The notes under the pieces were generated by a model, which did no database searches, was not told the origin of the DNA, and saw only the letters and a list, made by a program, of their open reading frames with translations. Source: Octopus bimaculoides (taxonomy: Eukaryota). From it: a stretch of DNA of 64,000 nucleotides. The position numbers and the translations under genes were made by a program. The stretch is from positions 53,245,564 to 53,309,563 of the forward strand of contig NC_068993.1 of NCBI RefSeq assembly GCF_001194135.2, in the 5' to 3' direction. Below, one piece after another: positions 38,604 to 50,504 of this stretch (within the stretch, counting starts at the first letter, position 1; each line of letters starts with the position of its first letter).

Positions 38604-41600
38604 TATGTATAGGCATATGTATGTATGCTTATTTTATACATATATTTATTGATATAAACACATTCATATAAATGTACGTATGTATGCATGCATTTATAAA
38701 TGTATATATGCATGTATATGAATATGTGTGCATGTATGTATTTCCTAAATGATGTTGACTATTTAAACTAAATGAATCTTTTCCACCCCTCCAGAGTGTA
38801 CCAAAACTACTATCTACTGCAATAGAAGTGTAAACTGTAGTGAAACATTCATTGGCAGTGAGTGTATTTTACCATTTAACACCTCACAGAAATTGATATG
38901 TGGTGATGATCAACAATGGAAAAGTGACTTTAAATGTCCAGGTAATAATTTTATTGTGTAGAATTGTTTTTTATTGATTTGATTGTCTTAATAGAATGTC
39001 TTTATTGAAATAATTGATAAATAAGTGAAAATTGATGTAATCAAATCTGAGGTTTTTGAAAAAATTTGCCTGGTGCCAACACATCTTTTTATCAATTCTC
39101 TTTTTCATTTCTCATCAATCTGTCTTGTCAATTTTTTTTGGTGCTTCTTTCTCTATGTGTATTTTGGTATATTGTTTATATATTTATAAAGAAAATGTTG
39201 ATAAAGGACCACCACTTTAGTGAAAGTGTTCATTGAGATGTCCTGTAAGTGAGCTTTTAAGAAGTGTGCGTAATGAAAATATCAGAAGGCATTTTTATAT
39301 AAAATATTTTAATTTATTAAAAGATAATGAGTGCTGACAAGTAATATGAGTGTAGCCGGCGTATGTGCATGAATCAGAAAAAGGTTTATAACTTACATTG
39401 GAAAAATGGATTCAGTTGGAAGTTGTTTTAAGCAAACAAAAATGGTGCTAGTGTAAACAAACATATACTGATCATAATATAGACAGAGTTGTGGGCTGAT
39501 GTTATTCAGGATTTGGCATGAATGAAATAGGCTGTTCATAATGTGGGTTGAGTTGAGGGCTGATATAATTCAGAGCTAGCAGTGCAAAGTTGGTGACAAG
39601 AACAAAGGGGCTGTTCCTATGCTTAGCAGCCAATGTTGCTGGTTTGTTGTCTTTTTGCTAACTGGTCCAAACACCCACTTAACTCTTCTCGGTCAGAGAA
39701 CTACCTTTGGCATTAATATGTGCTCAGCTCTGATTGGCTGGAGTTGCTATTGCAGAACTATGCAACAATGTGATAACAAAAATAGCTTTTCTGACTTGCA
39801 ACAGTACCCTTCACTGACACTACAGATTGATACAAGCAACAGTAATGCAGCAAAATAAAAAAATAAAAACAGTGTGAAATGTTCAAACAAGGTAAATGCA
39901 TCAGGAAAAGAAATATTACAAATACAATAAAAGGCAAATATACAAAAATGAGAAGACGACAGTCATTTAGTGCAAGTTCATATATATATAGTCTTGCAAA
40001 GTCTCATGGGCCTATGGACGTGACAGCCTCTACAAGTTGTCATTCCATGTATTGGTGGAGGTGGGGAAGATGTGTGTGGAGTGGTGTGTGTAGAGGGTGT
40101 ATGAGGTTTCTAGGTATGAGCATCTGTATAGGCTCTTTTAAGTCTATCAACAGAGAAAGTGTCTCTGGAACCACTGCAGTCAATGGTGAAATGTTTGTTA
40201 GAATGAGAAAGAACACGATAAGGTCCTGAGTAAGGTTGGATGAGAGGACTTCTCATGGTGTTGTTTCTGATGAAAACGTGGGTCCATGAGGCCATGTCCC
40301 TCAGGACTGCAGGTTTCACAGTTTGATGCTTGGTGCTCATTGGCAGCAGGTCTTCAAGGTATGTATGGAGGCGGTTCACATAAAAAGGATCTTGAGTCAA
40401 TAGATCTACTGGGGCAAGCATCTGCCTTGGTAAAGACAATGGAATGCTGAACAGCAGCTTGGCTGGGGTGTATCCAAGTCCTTCTTTGAACAAAGTTCGA
40501 ATGCCAAGGATTACTATTGGGAAGTACTCGATCCAGCTATGATTATCAGGATAAGCACAAAAATGTATATATACATTTGTAAGTATGTGTGTATTTGAAT
40601 GGGTGTGTGTGTATATATGTATTTTCTGATTGAAGGTAGCTATTTATTGTAAATTAATTTTCTTCTACCCCTCCAGAGTGTCCCAACATTACTTCTGTCT
40701 GCAATAGAAGAGTAAACTGTAGTGAAACATTCATTGGCACTGAGTGTATTTTACCATTTAACACCTCACAGAAATTGATATGTGGTGATGATCAACAATG
40801 GAAAAGTGACTTTAAATGTCTTCCAGGTAATAATTTTATTGTATAGAATTGTTTTTTTTTTATTTATTTGATTGTTTTAATGGAATATGTCTCTATTGAA
40901 ATAATTGATAATTAAGTGAAAATTGGTGTAATCAAATCCAAAGATATTTTTGAATTTTGCTTCATGCCAACACATCCTTATATCAATTCTTTTTATCCTT
41001 TCTCTTCAGTCTGCCTTGTCAGTTTTTTTGGTGCCTCTTTCTCTATGTGTTTTTTGGTATATAGATTATATATGTATACTAGCAGAGATATCCAGCATAG
41101 CACAAGATTAAAATGGTATAGTTTGTATACATATATTACAGTTATGTTGAAACAGGTGATACAGGAAAGTGCAGCATTGATGACAAAATATTTGTGGAGT
41201 AAATGATGGTCTAACTTAGTGACATGTTATACATCAAGCCCTAACCTATCATGGACAATTGGGAGTTGTAGGGAGGCATGTAATTTTTGAACCTACTACA
41301 GAGCTGTCAGTGGATATACATGCCGTGGAGGTGGTCAGTACTGCGTGTCATCGTATAATTGACAGTCAAATGAATGGGAGTGTAATGGAGATATTGTATG
41401 TAAATGGGTACATTCTGGAAATGGGCTGCAATAGAAGATAACAACAGGGATGTGAACTGTTGAAATGATGCAGAAGGTGAAGTGTTGACATTGGATTGCT
41501 GGTGTGGTTGTAGAATAAGAAACATAAAGTGAGCCTATGCAGTCATATGAGAATATGTAGCAATGAATTACTTGAACAAATAAGGCTTAATGGCTTCCCG

Positions 41601-42014
41601 CATAGTATGTATATAGTATGTGTGTATTTTTGTATGCAGTGTAAATTGACGAAATATAAGAAAATGAACAAAATAGAAGCACATGTATGAAAATGCTAAT
41701 TTAACGGTAAATACCACAATAATTATTACAGAGAAACAAAGAATTATATATATATATAGGATAAATTTCATAATGTAAGTGTAAATATGCAATTGTAAAT
41801 ATCTTGCAAACTTGCAACTGCTGTGCTAATTATTAACTGATAATAGAACAGTAAATGTGTATTTTAATATATACCTTGTATATTTTATATGTATATTTTA
41901 ATATATACCTTGGACCTTGCTACCTCAGTGGTTTTTTTTCAAGAGTCTCACTTCTAGCACTCACATACATACATTCAGGCATGTCAGTCATCACATATGT
42001 ATATGTATGTGTAG

Positions 42015-42054
<40 letters not shown>

Positions 42055-45000
42055 AATAATGCACTTAACGTGGAAACACACAGGCTCACAGCTACTCACA
42101 CTCGTACACTCACAGACAGATACATACTCATATACAAAATGTGACATTGTGTTATAAAATGTTCCTGATATACACTCAAATACATATACTAAGTTAGTCA
42201 CACAGGGACATACATTCATGCATGTCAGTTGTTACATATGCATATGTATGTGTACATGTGTGTATGTTTAATAATGTACCTGACATGGAAAGACGTCATA
42301 TACAAAATGTGATTATTTGCATTATTTACATTGGATGGCTATGTGTCCTAGAAGTAGCTGATAGCTTCCGCTACCTAGGTGACCGAGTTTGTAGTGGGGG
42401 AGGGTGTGCTGAAAGTGTAGCTTCTAGAATAAGAATAGCCTGGGCAAAGTTTAGAGAGTTGGACGATTTGACTGAGGACTGGTGAAACCGGATGGCAACA
42501 CCAGCCTCCAATCTGATTTGGCAGAGTTTCTACAGCTGGATGCCCTTCCTAACACCAACCACTCAGAGAGTGTAGTGGGTGCTTTTATGTGTCACTCGCA
42601 TGAAGGCCAGTCAGGCGGTACTGGCAACGGCCACGCTCAAAATGGTGTATTTTATGTGCCACCCACACAGGAGCCAGTCCAGGGGCACTGGCAACGATCT
42701 CGCTTGAAAATCCTATGAAGGCCAGTCAGGCGGTACTGGCAACNNNNNNNNNNNNNNNNNNNNNNNNNNNNNNNNNNNNNNNNNNNNNNNNNNNNNNNNN
42801 NNNNNNNNNNNNNNNNNNNNNNNNNNNNNNNNNNNNNNNNNNNNNNNNNNNNNNNNNNNNNNNNNNNNNNNNNNNNNNNNNNNNNNNNNNNNNNNNNNNN
42901 NNNNNNNNNNNNNNNNNNNNNNNNNNNNNNNNNNNNNNNNNNNNNNNNNNNNNNNNNNNNNNNNNNNNNNNNNNNNNNNNNNNNNNNNNNNNNNNNNNNN
43001 NNNNNNNNNNNNNNNNNNNNNNNNNNNNNNNNNNNNNNNNNNNNNNNNNNNNNNNNNNNNNNNNNNNNNNNNNNNNNNNNNNNNNNNNNNNNNNNNNNNN
43101 NNNNNNNNNNNNNNNNNNNNNNNNNNNNNNNNNNNNNNNNNNNNNNNNNNNNNNNNNNNNNNNNNNNNNNNNNNNNNNNNNNNNNNNNNNNNNNNNNNNN
43201 NNNNNNNNNNNNNNNNNNNNNNNNNNNNNNNNNNNNNNNNNNNNNNNNNNNNNNNNNNNNNNNNNNNNNNNNNNNNNNNNNNNNNNNNNNNNNNNNNNNN
43301 NNNNNNNNNNNNNNNNNNNNNNNNNNNNNNNNNNNNNNNNNNNNNNNNNNNNNNNNNNNNNNNNNNNNNNNNNNNNNNNNNNNNNNNNNNNNNNNNNNNN
43401 NNNNNNNNNNNNNNNNNNNNNNNNNNNNNNNNNNNNNNNNNNNNNNNNNNNNNNNNNNNNNNNNNNNNNNNNNNNNNNNNNNNNNNNNNNNNNNNNNNNN
43501 NNNNNNNNNNNACATATTGCTATTTTATAACTGCCAGCAATTTCTTCATCACAAATTGCCGTCCTAGCTCCTGCGAAAAGGGATTACTCTGCTATGTATA
43601 ATCAGGGCAGCGCAAAAAGTTGTTTTGCACAAGCATTTCTATAGCCAATTAGATGGAGGAAATTTACGTACGCTTAATAATGTTACGCAAAACAGCCTTC
43701 AGACTTTCCCTATTAATTTCATTGTCTTTTGAATTATGAACATATTTACATCATAAGGGTTTTTTTGTTGTAAGGCTTTCTTTTTTAGTTGATTTTCACC
43801 TAGCAAGACTTATCATAGATGGCGTAATAAGTCACAGCCAGACAAGGTCGGGTTATACAGCTAGTATATATATATATATATATGAGGTTGGGATGATAAG
43901 TTCATAGGCTGACTATGAAGGAGTGATGCTAGTTCTGTGAAATCTTGCTTGCATTAATTTCAACAACTGGTATTAATATTTTGTATTTAAATGTAGTATT
44001 CATGCACAGTTTTCAGAACATTAACTTATTGCTTCATTTTAGTTTCAGATCCTGGAAGTCTTGCAATTTTGGGGTATATCTTCCCTCCTATTATTATTAT
44101 TATTATTATTATTATTGCAGGTTTGTCAATTTTTTTTTCTAATAATAACCATAAAAATCTTATAAATCCAGTGTCAGACCTTAGAATTTTCTTAACCTCT
44201 CATCACTCAGCTTCATTTATTTCCATAGTTTTTACATCTGTAATTCCAAACTCAAGGTTTACTGAAACATTGAACTGACGTCCAATTTGAATTTTACCTT
44301 TTTTTTTTGTCATCTATAATCACATTGTACTGATTTTTAGCNNNNNNNNNNTTACCCACCATCACACACATAGACCATTTACTGCAGCAGATTCAAAGCA
44401 ACAATATTTCACAAATAAATCTTAACCTTATTAATCCTTTATTTTCATTGTTTTTTTTTACATTCATTGCCCCGTTTTGGTTACCCCATTATCCCCTCAT
44501 TTTTCTTCAATGCTTCCTGGATCTTACCACTGCACCCAGTGGGGTGGTACCACCCACTTTGGGAACCACTGGTTTAATTTTTTGCACACTTGAGATATTC
44601 TTCCTACTATTAACCATCCAGTCATGGAAGATGTGTGGAATTGTTTTGGAAGCCAGACAAATCATGACCAACAGTTTGGTCTGTTTAAGATACAACACAA
44701 TGGCTCTAGCAGTTATGTCTGAACTCATAATCATGTAGCTGGTATTCCAGTAGTTTCACTCACATGACCATTATATTTCTATAAGTTGATATCTAATCAC
44801 TATTGACTTTTATTTATTTTTCAATGATTATCATGAAGCATAGGTACGGAATTTATATATATATATATTTCTTAAACAAAAATATTATTGATAATGACTT
44901 TGAATTTTCAGCTAGCTAAGCCTTTCTCAGTCTGCAATGCCTTGAAGTTCATTTTGGCTTCATATAGTTCATTGTGGCTACAATAGAATTGAACTCAAAA

Positions 45001-46125
45001 TGTAGAAGTTTTAAACTGTATACTGTAAAGCCTTTTGGTTAGGGACATGGTTGCTTTTGTACAACATAAACTTAAGATACCAATCTCATGATGAGAGATG
45101 TGAAGTTCAGGTGGCAAAATGTTGTGCTAGATACACTAAATCTTCTAGTCTGACACCCACTTTCTCTTCCATGACTATTGAAATATACCCTTACTACACA
45201 CACACATGTGTGCACAATTACATACATATATATCTACCTACCTACCTGCCTGCCTGCCTTTATATATCTGTAAAATGTTTTGTTTTGTCTTTTGTAGTTG
45301 TAATTTATCCATGCCGTGACAGGATAGAAAACGCATTATCAGGTCAGTATTACTATTTTCTTTATTATGATATTAATTAATCAAGTTCTTAAATCTCATT
45401 TATCATCGTTTTCTTGTATTTTGGGGGGGAAATTGAAACATGAAATTTTAAAGAACGAGACCCAGGAAGACATGGGATGAGGTGGTGAAGCATGACCTTC
45501 GAATGTTGGGTCTCACAAGGGCAATGACGAAAGACCGAGACCTCTGGAGATATGCTGTGACTGGCAAATAGAGTGAGATCACAGCTGTAGCCTACGCCAG
45601 TGTCACATAACCAGTCCACTCAAAAGTACCTTGGATTGTAGGGCAACATGCCGTGCTTGAAGGGACCTGCTGAGTCAAGTACATCATCAACATCAAAATC
45701 AAATCAAACCACAATAAGATGGAAATTGTAGTTGTGGCTGATACCAACGCTGTCTGTCTGGCTCCCCAAGCTGGTGATACATAAAAAGCACCATCCAAAT
45801 GTGGTTGTTGCCAGCTCCCTCTGGCTCCTGTGCCAGTGGCATGTAAAAGCACCATCTAATCGTGGTCGATGCTAACCTCCTCTGGCTCCCGTGCTGGTGG
45901 CAGGTAAAAGCACCATCCAAATGTGGTCGATGCCAGCCCTCTCTGGCCCTTGTGCCAGTGGCATGTAAAAAGCACCCACTGCACTCTCGGAGTGGTTGGC
46001 GTTATAAAGGTCATCCAGCTGTAGAAACACTGTCAGATCACATTGGAACCTGGTGCAGCCTCCTGGCGTCCCAGACCCCAGTTGAACGAGCATGGAGAAC
46101 AGACGTTAAACGACGACGACGACGA

Positions 46126-46157
<32 letters not shown>

Positions 46158-46378
46158 ATGGTCAGCAAAAAATGATATATAGAATAAGATATATTATTGT
46201 TAACCTAACATACATAGGCACAGATGCTAACTGCATGCATAGCTCTATGACTAAGAAGTTTTACATACAGTTGAAAAGCACAGCACTTTGGGGGAAAGTT
46301 TTCTTTTATTAGAGCTTCCAGACAATGAAAGTCTTGTGAGTGAATTTGGTGTATGGAAAGAACATACATACACACACG

Positions 46379-46447
<69 letters not shown>

Positions 46448-49400
46448 NNNNNNNNNNNNNNNNNNNNNNNNNNNNNNNNNNNNNNNNNNNNNNNNNNNNN
46501 NNNNNNNNNNNNNNNNNNNNNNNNNNNNNNNNNNNNNNNNNNNNNNNNNNNNNNNNNNNNNNNNNNNNNNNNNNNNNNNNNNNNNNNNNNNNNNNNNNNN
46601 NNNNNNNNNNNNNNNNNNNNNNNNNNNNTGACACAAATGAAATTTAAATGTTGAAGCGAAACTAATGGTTTGTGAGTGTTCTTGAATGGCTTACAAATAC
46701 AGGGGTTGGACAAAATAATGGAAACACCTTAAAATTTCAAACAAATTTATTTCAATAAGGGGTAGGACCACCTTTGGCAGTAATTACAGCTTGAATTCTA
46801 TGAGGTATTGACTCGTACAAAGTTTGAATTGTTTCCAAAGGAATTTTTGTCCATTCTTCAGCTAAAACAGTCTCCAGTTCTTGTAGTGATGATGGTGGAG
46901 GACATTGACTCCTTACTTGTTTTTCTAAAATGCACCATAAATGTTCAATAATATTGAGATCTGGGGACTGTGGTGGCCATATAAGATGTTCAACTTCACT
47001 AGAATGTTCCTCATGCCATTCAGTAACAACTTTAAGCTGTGTGAATTGGCTCATTATTATCTAGAAAGATTGTGTTTACCTCTGGGAACAGTTCTGCAAC
47101 CATAGGATGAATTTGATTAGATAAAATGCTTAAATAGTCTTGACTACTATTTCTGTGGATCTTGCCCTGACCGCAGCATCCAGAACATGAGAAGAATCAA
47201 AGGAATCACTAACTGTGACATCCCAGACAAGGCATCTGCCTTTCAATCAGGGACACAAGGAGAGGCCGTTGGGTCTTTTCCCATCATATCTGAAGTACCA
47301 CAATCTGTTGGCCAACTACATTTTCCATTCTGTGGTGTTTGAGACGTTTGGTGGGGTCAGACCAGTGACTTCCAGATTCCTGTCTTCACTGGCTGCTCGC
47401 CTAGCAGAGGTAACTGGCAAAGCTTGTGAGGGTGCTTGGTTGTCCCAGTGCATCAGCCTTGCCATCACCTGCAGCAATGCTGCAAGCATGCTGGTGTACC
47501 TCAAAAGCCATCAGGGAGGTTTCCCAATGCCCTCAAATTTTCTACTTGTTCGAGTAATATGATACTATAACAGTTTATTATTGAGTTAGCAAAGCTATTG
47601 TTCACAAAGGAGCGAGAAAAACACAAATAGCAAAGAAAATATAAAATAATTTGCACAAAACACACACACATATATATGTACAGACACACACATACACGCA
47701 TACATATATGATAGCCTTTTTTGGTTTACATCTGCCAAATCCACTCACAAATCTTTCATCGGCCCATGGCTGAACTAGAAGACACTTGCTCATGGTGGCA
47801 CACAGTGGGATTGAACCCAAAACTAAGTGGTTGGTAAATATATAGTAAAATAACACCCACATTGTATTCTATATTATACTATATATTTCATTGTTTATTG
47901 TATTATTGTTTTATATCTTTTCTAAGGTTCAGTATTTTGCTTTGTATCTCGAAGAAACAAAGGACAAGCTCCTAGAGATAATGGACAAGGTGAGAGTGGA
48001 TGTTTAATTGGATTTATGTGATTTTTGTTCTCTTAACTGTTATATTTTATTTTTTTAATAACAGTTTCAGCCTCTACTTCAGTAGATTTATGATCAAAGA
48101 TATTCCTGCCAAGCTTACCTTGTCTTTTATTCACATACTATATATCTGAGGCAACATATACTATGTGTTTTGCCACTTTCTGAAGAAAATATGGCATAAT
48201 CAGAAGCAGATTTGGCTGCTACTTCTTGCAGGTGGAGAAACACTATAGAGGCTAATATATTGTCCTGCATATAGTATGTTTGTGTATGCACACTAAGTGT
48301 ATGACAGTGTTGTATGAGCTTGCTCTATATTTTGGGCTTAGCTGCTCGAAATCATTCTCACATGGCCTCACTGAGTAGATGACAATGAACCAAAATGTCT
48401 AATGATATGAGGTTCTTGAGAAGACTAGCTCACCTCAGTGAAACTGAGTTTTGATAAACCCATAATATCATTATCTACTCATAGATTATATAGCTGGTGT
48501 ACTGCCTTAACCTTACTTATTATTATAAATCGTGGATAGATAAGTATATATGTATATTTATGTATTTATAATCACTGACTCTCAATAGGGTAGTATATCA
48601 ATTTAGTAAATTTTTGTTGTCTTTAGCATTCTCTTTATTTATTTATCCCTCACACATTGTCAACTCTACAATAGTATTCATGCATAAATGTCCTTATTTC
48701 ATAGTATTCATGCATACACCCAAAGAAAATTGATAGACAAAGTTTTGCAATAGAAGTTCTTGTCCCCCATAAATTGAGTTCTAGAGAGAAAATCCAAATT
48801 TCATAGTCAAAGTGTGTAAAAAATAGGTGTGAGAACAAATGGGGATAAGAAGATATTTTATATGGTGAAATTATCTGTTATTAGGTTTAATCAAAAAGTG
48901 TATGACTTGAAGTCTAGACAATAAGTCTGATGAGTATAAAAGGAAGAAACCTCTAAAAAGGCCAAGGTATCTTAATATCTGATTTATAAGAGTGAGCACA
49001 GTTAGAAATTCTTTTGTAGTGATGCACAAAAATGTCAGTTTGCAGGGCAGATAAGTTCATCATCAAAATATAACGCCCCATCCTAAATCTGCTTCATTCT
49101 TTGCATTCATTGCCCTTGCATCAAAACCATAGTGATATCCATTTGGCAGCTGATGGTGGGAATATACTTATGTTTTGCTTGATTTTGAATTTCTTATATC
49201 TTAGTTTCATCATTTTACGTTGTCCTTCATTCTTGTAAAGTGGAAAGTGTTTGTGGATTCAAAGTTAGATTGGTATTGGTTGGTTTTCCTTCATAGGTAA
49301 TTTTTTAGGCTTAGATAACGTCTTCATTGAACACTAGACTCGGCTTGCGAAGACCTGTTGTGGCAAGCGAAAGTGAAATCGTGATGGCACCAGTACCAGT

Positions 49401-50473
49401 ACCAGTAAATCATTAAGAGCACCGTCCGAGCGTGACCGTTACCAACGTCGCCTTCCTGGCACTTGAAAAGACATTCGAGCGAGTTCGTTGCCAGTACTGC
49501 TGGACTGGCTCCTGTGCAAGTGGCACGTAAAATACACAATTTCAAGCGTGGCCGTTGCCAGTACCGCCTGCCTGGCCTTCGTGCGGGTGACACGTAAAAG
49601 CACCCACTACACTCTCGGAGTGGTTGGCATTAGGAAGGGCATCCAGCTGTAGAAACTCTGCCAAATCAGATTGGAGCCTGGAGTAGCTATCTGGTTCACC
49701 AGTCCTCAGTCAAATTGTCCAACCCATGCTAGCATGGAAAGCAGATGTTAAACGATGATGATGATGATAATGATGATGATGATATGTGTAGAGGGACTGA
49801 ACCAGAAGCTATGTGGTTGGTAGTAAAATCATGTCCACATTCTATCTTACATTTTACTGTATATATACTTGTTTATTTTATTACTTTTGTATATTTTTTC
49901 TTAGATACTCAGGAAAGAGAACTTCTAACATCTAAAAATCAGGACACACAACCAAATGAAAATATTGAAGGTGAGAGAGAAAATGATAGAAATGATAGCA
50001 AAAATCCTGAACATGGGGACTGCATTTATTTTCATTTTTTAATCTCAATGTGTGCCTGTACTTCTTTCTATCTTGTCTTATAATGGGACTGTATATGTTT
50101 CATTGTCATATGCTATGTGTTCTGTAAATTTCTGAAGAGAATAGAGTATGATTAGAAGTAGGTTTGACTGCTACTTCAAGTAGGTGGAGAAATTCTAGAG
50201 AGGTTCATATATTACCTTGTTTATAACGTGTGTGTGTTTGTGTGTATTTCTAAATAAGGTAATATTTTTGAAGGTGTGCAAAATGGAGAACAAGGCACAT
50301 ATCAACACAATATAAATCAAGAAGGTATGTATTCTTCAAATTTAGGAAGAAAATAATATATGATTGGAGGTAGACTTGGCTTCTATTTTTCACAAGTAGA
50401 GAAATCCTAAAAAGATTAATGTATAGACTTGCTTATGAGTGTGTGTGTGTGTGTGTATGTTTGTGTGTGTGTT

Positions 50474-50504
<31 letters not shown>

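Noticed and set aside
39200-39900. Possible LTR downstream of the Gypsy integrase
   Set aside because: No clear polypurine tract, TG...CA ends or second LTR found.
42340-42743. Twin-priming inversion of an RTE copy
   Set aside because: The 3' end faces inward and lacks its tail, the opposite of the twin-priming geometry; more likely two fragments joined by deletion.
48927-48955. CTGATGA...GAAAC motif
   Set aside because: No stem II pairing and no NUH triplet.
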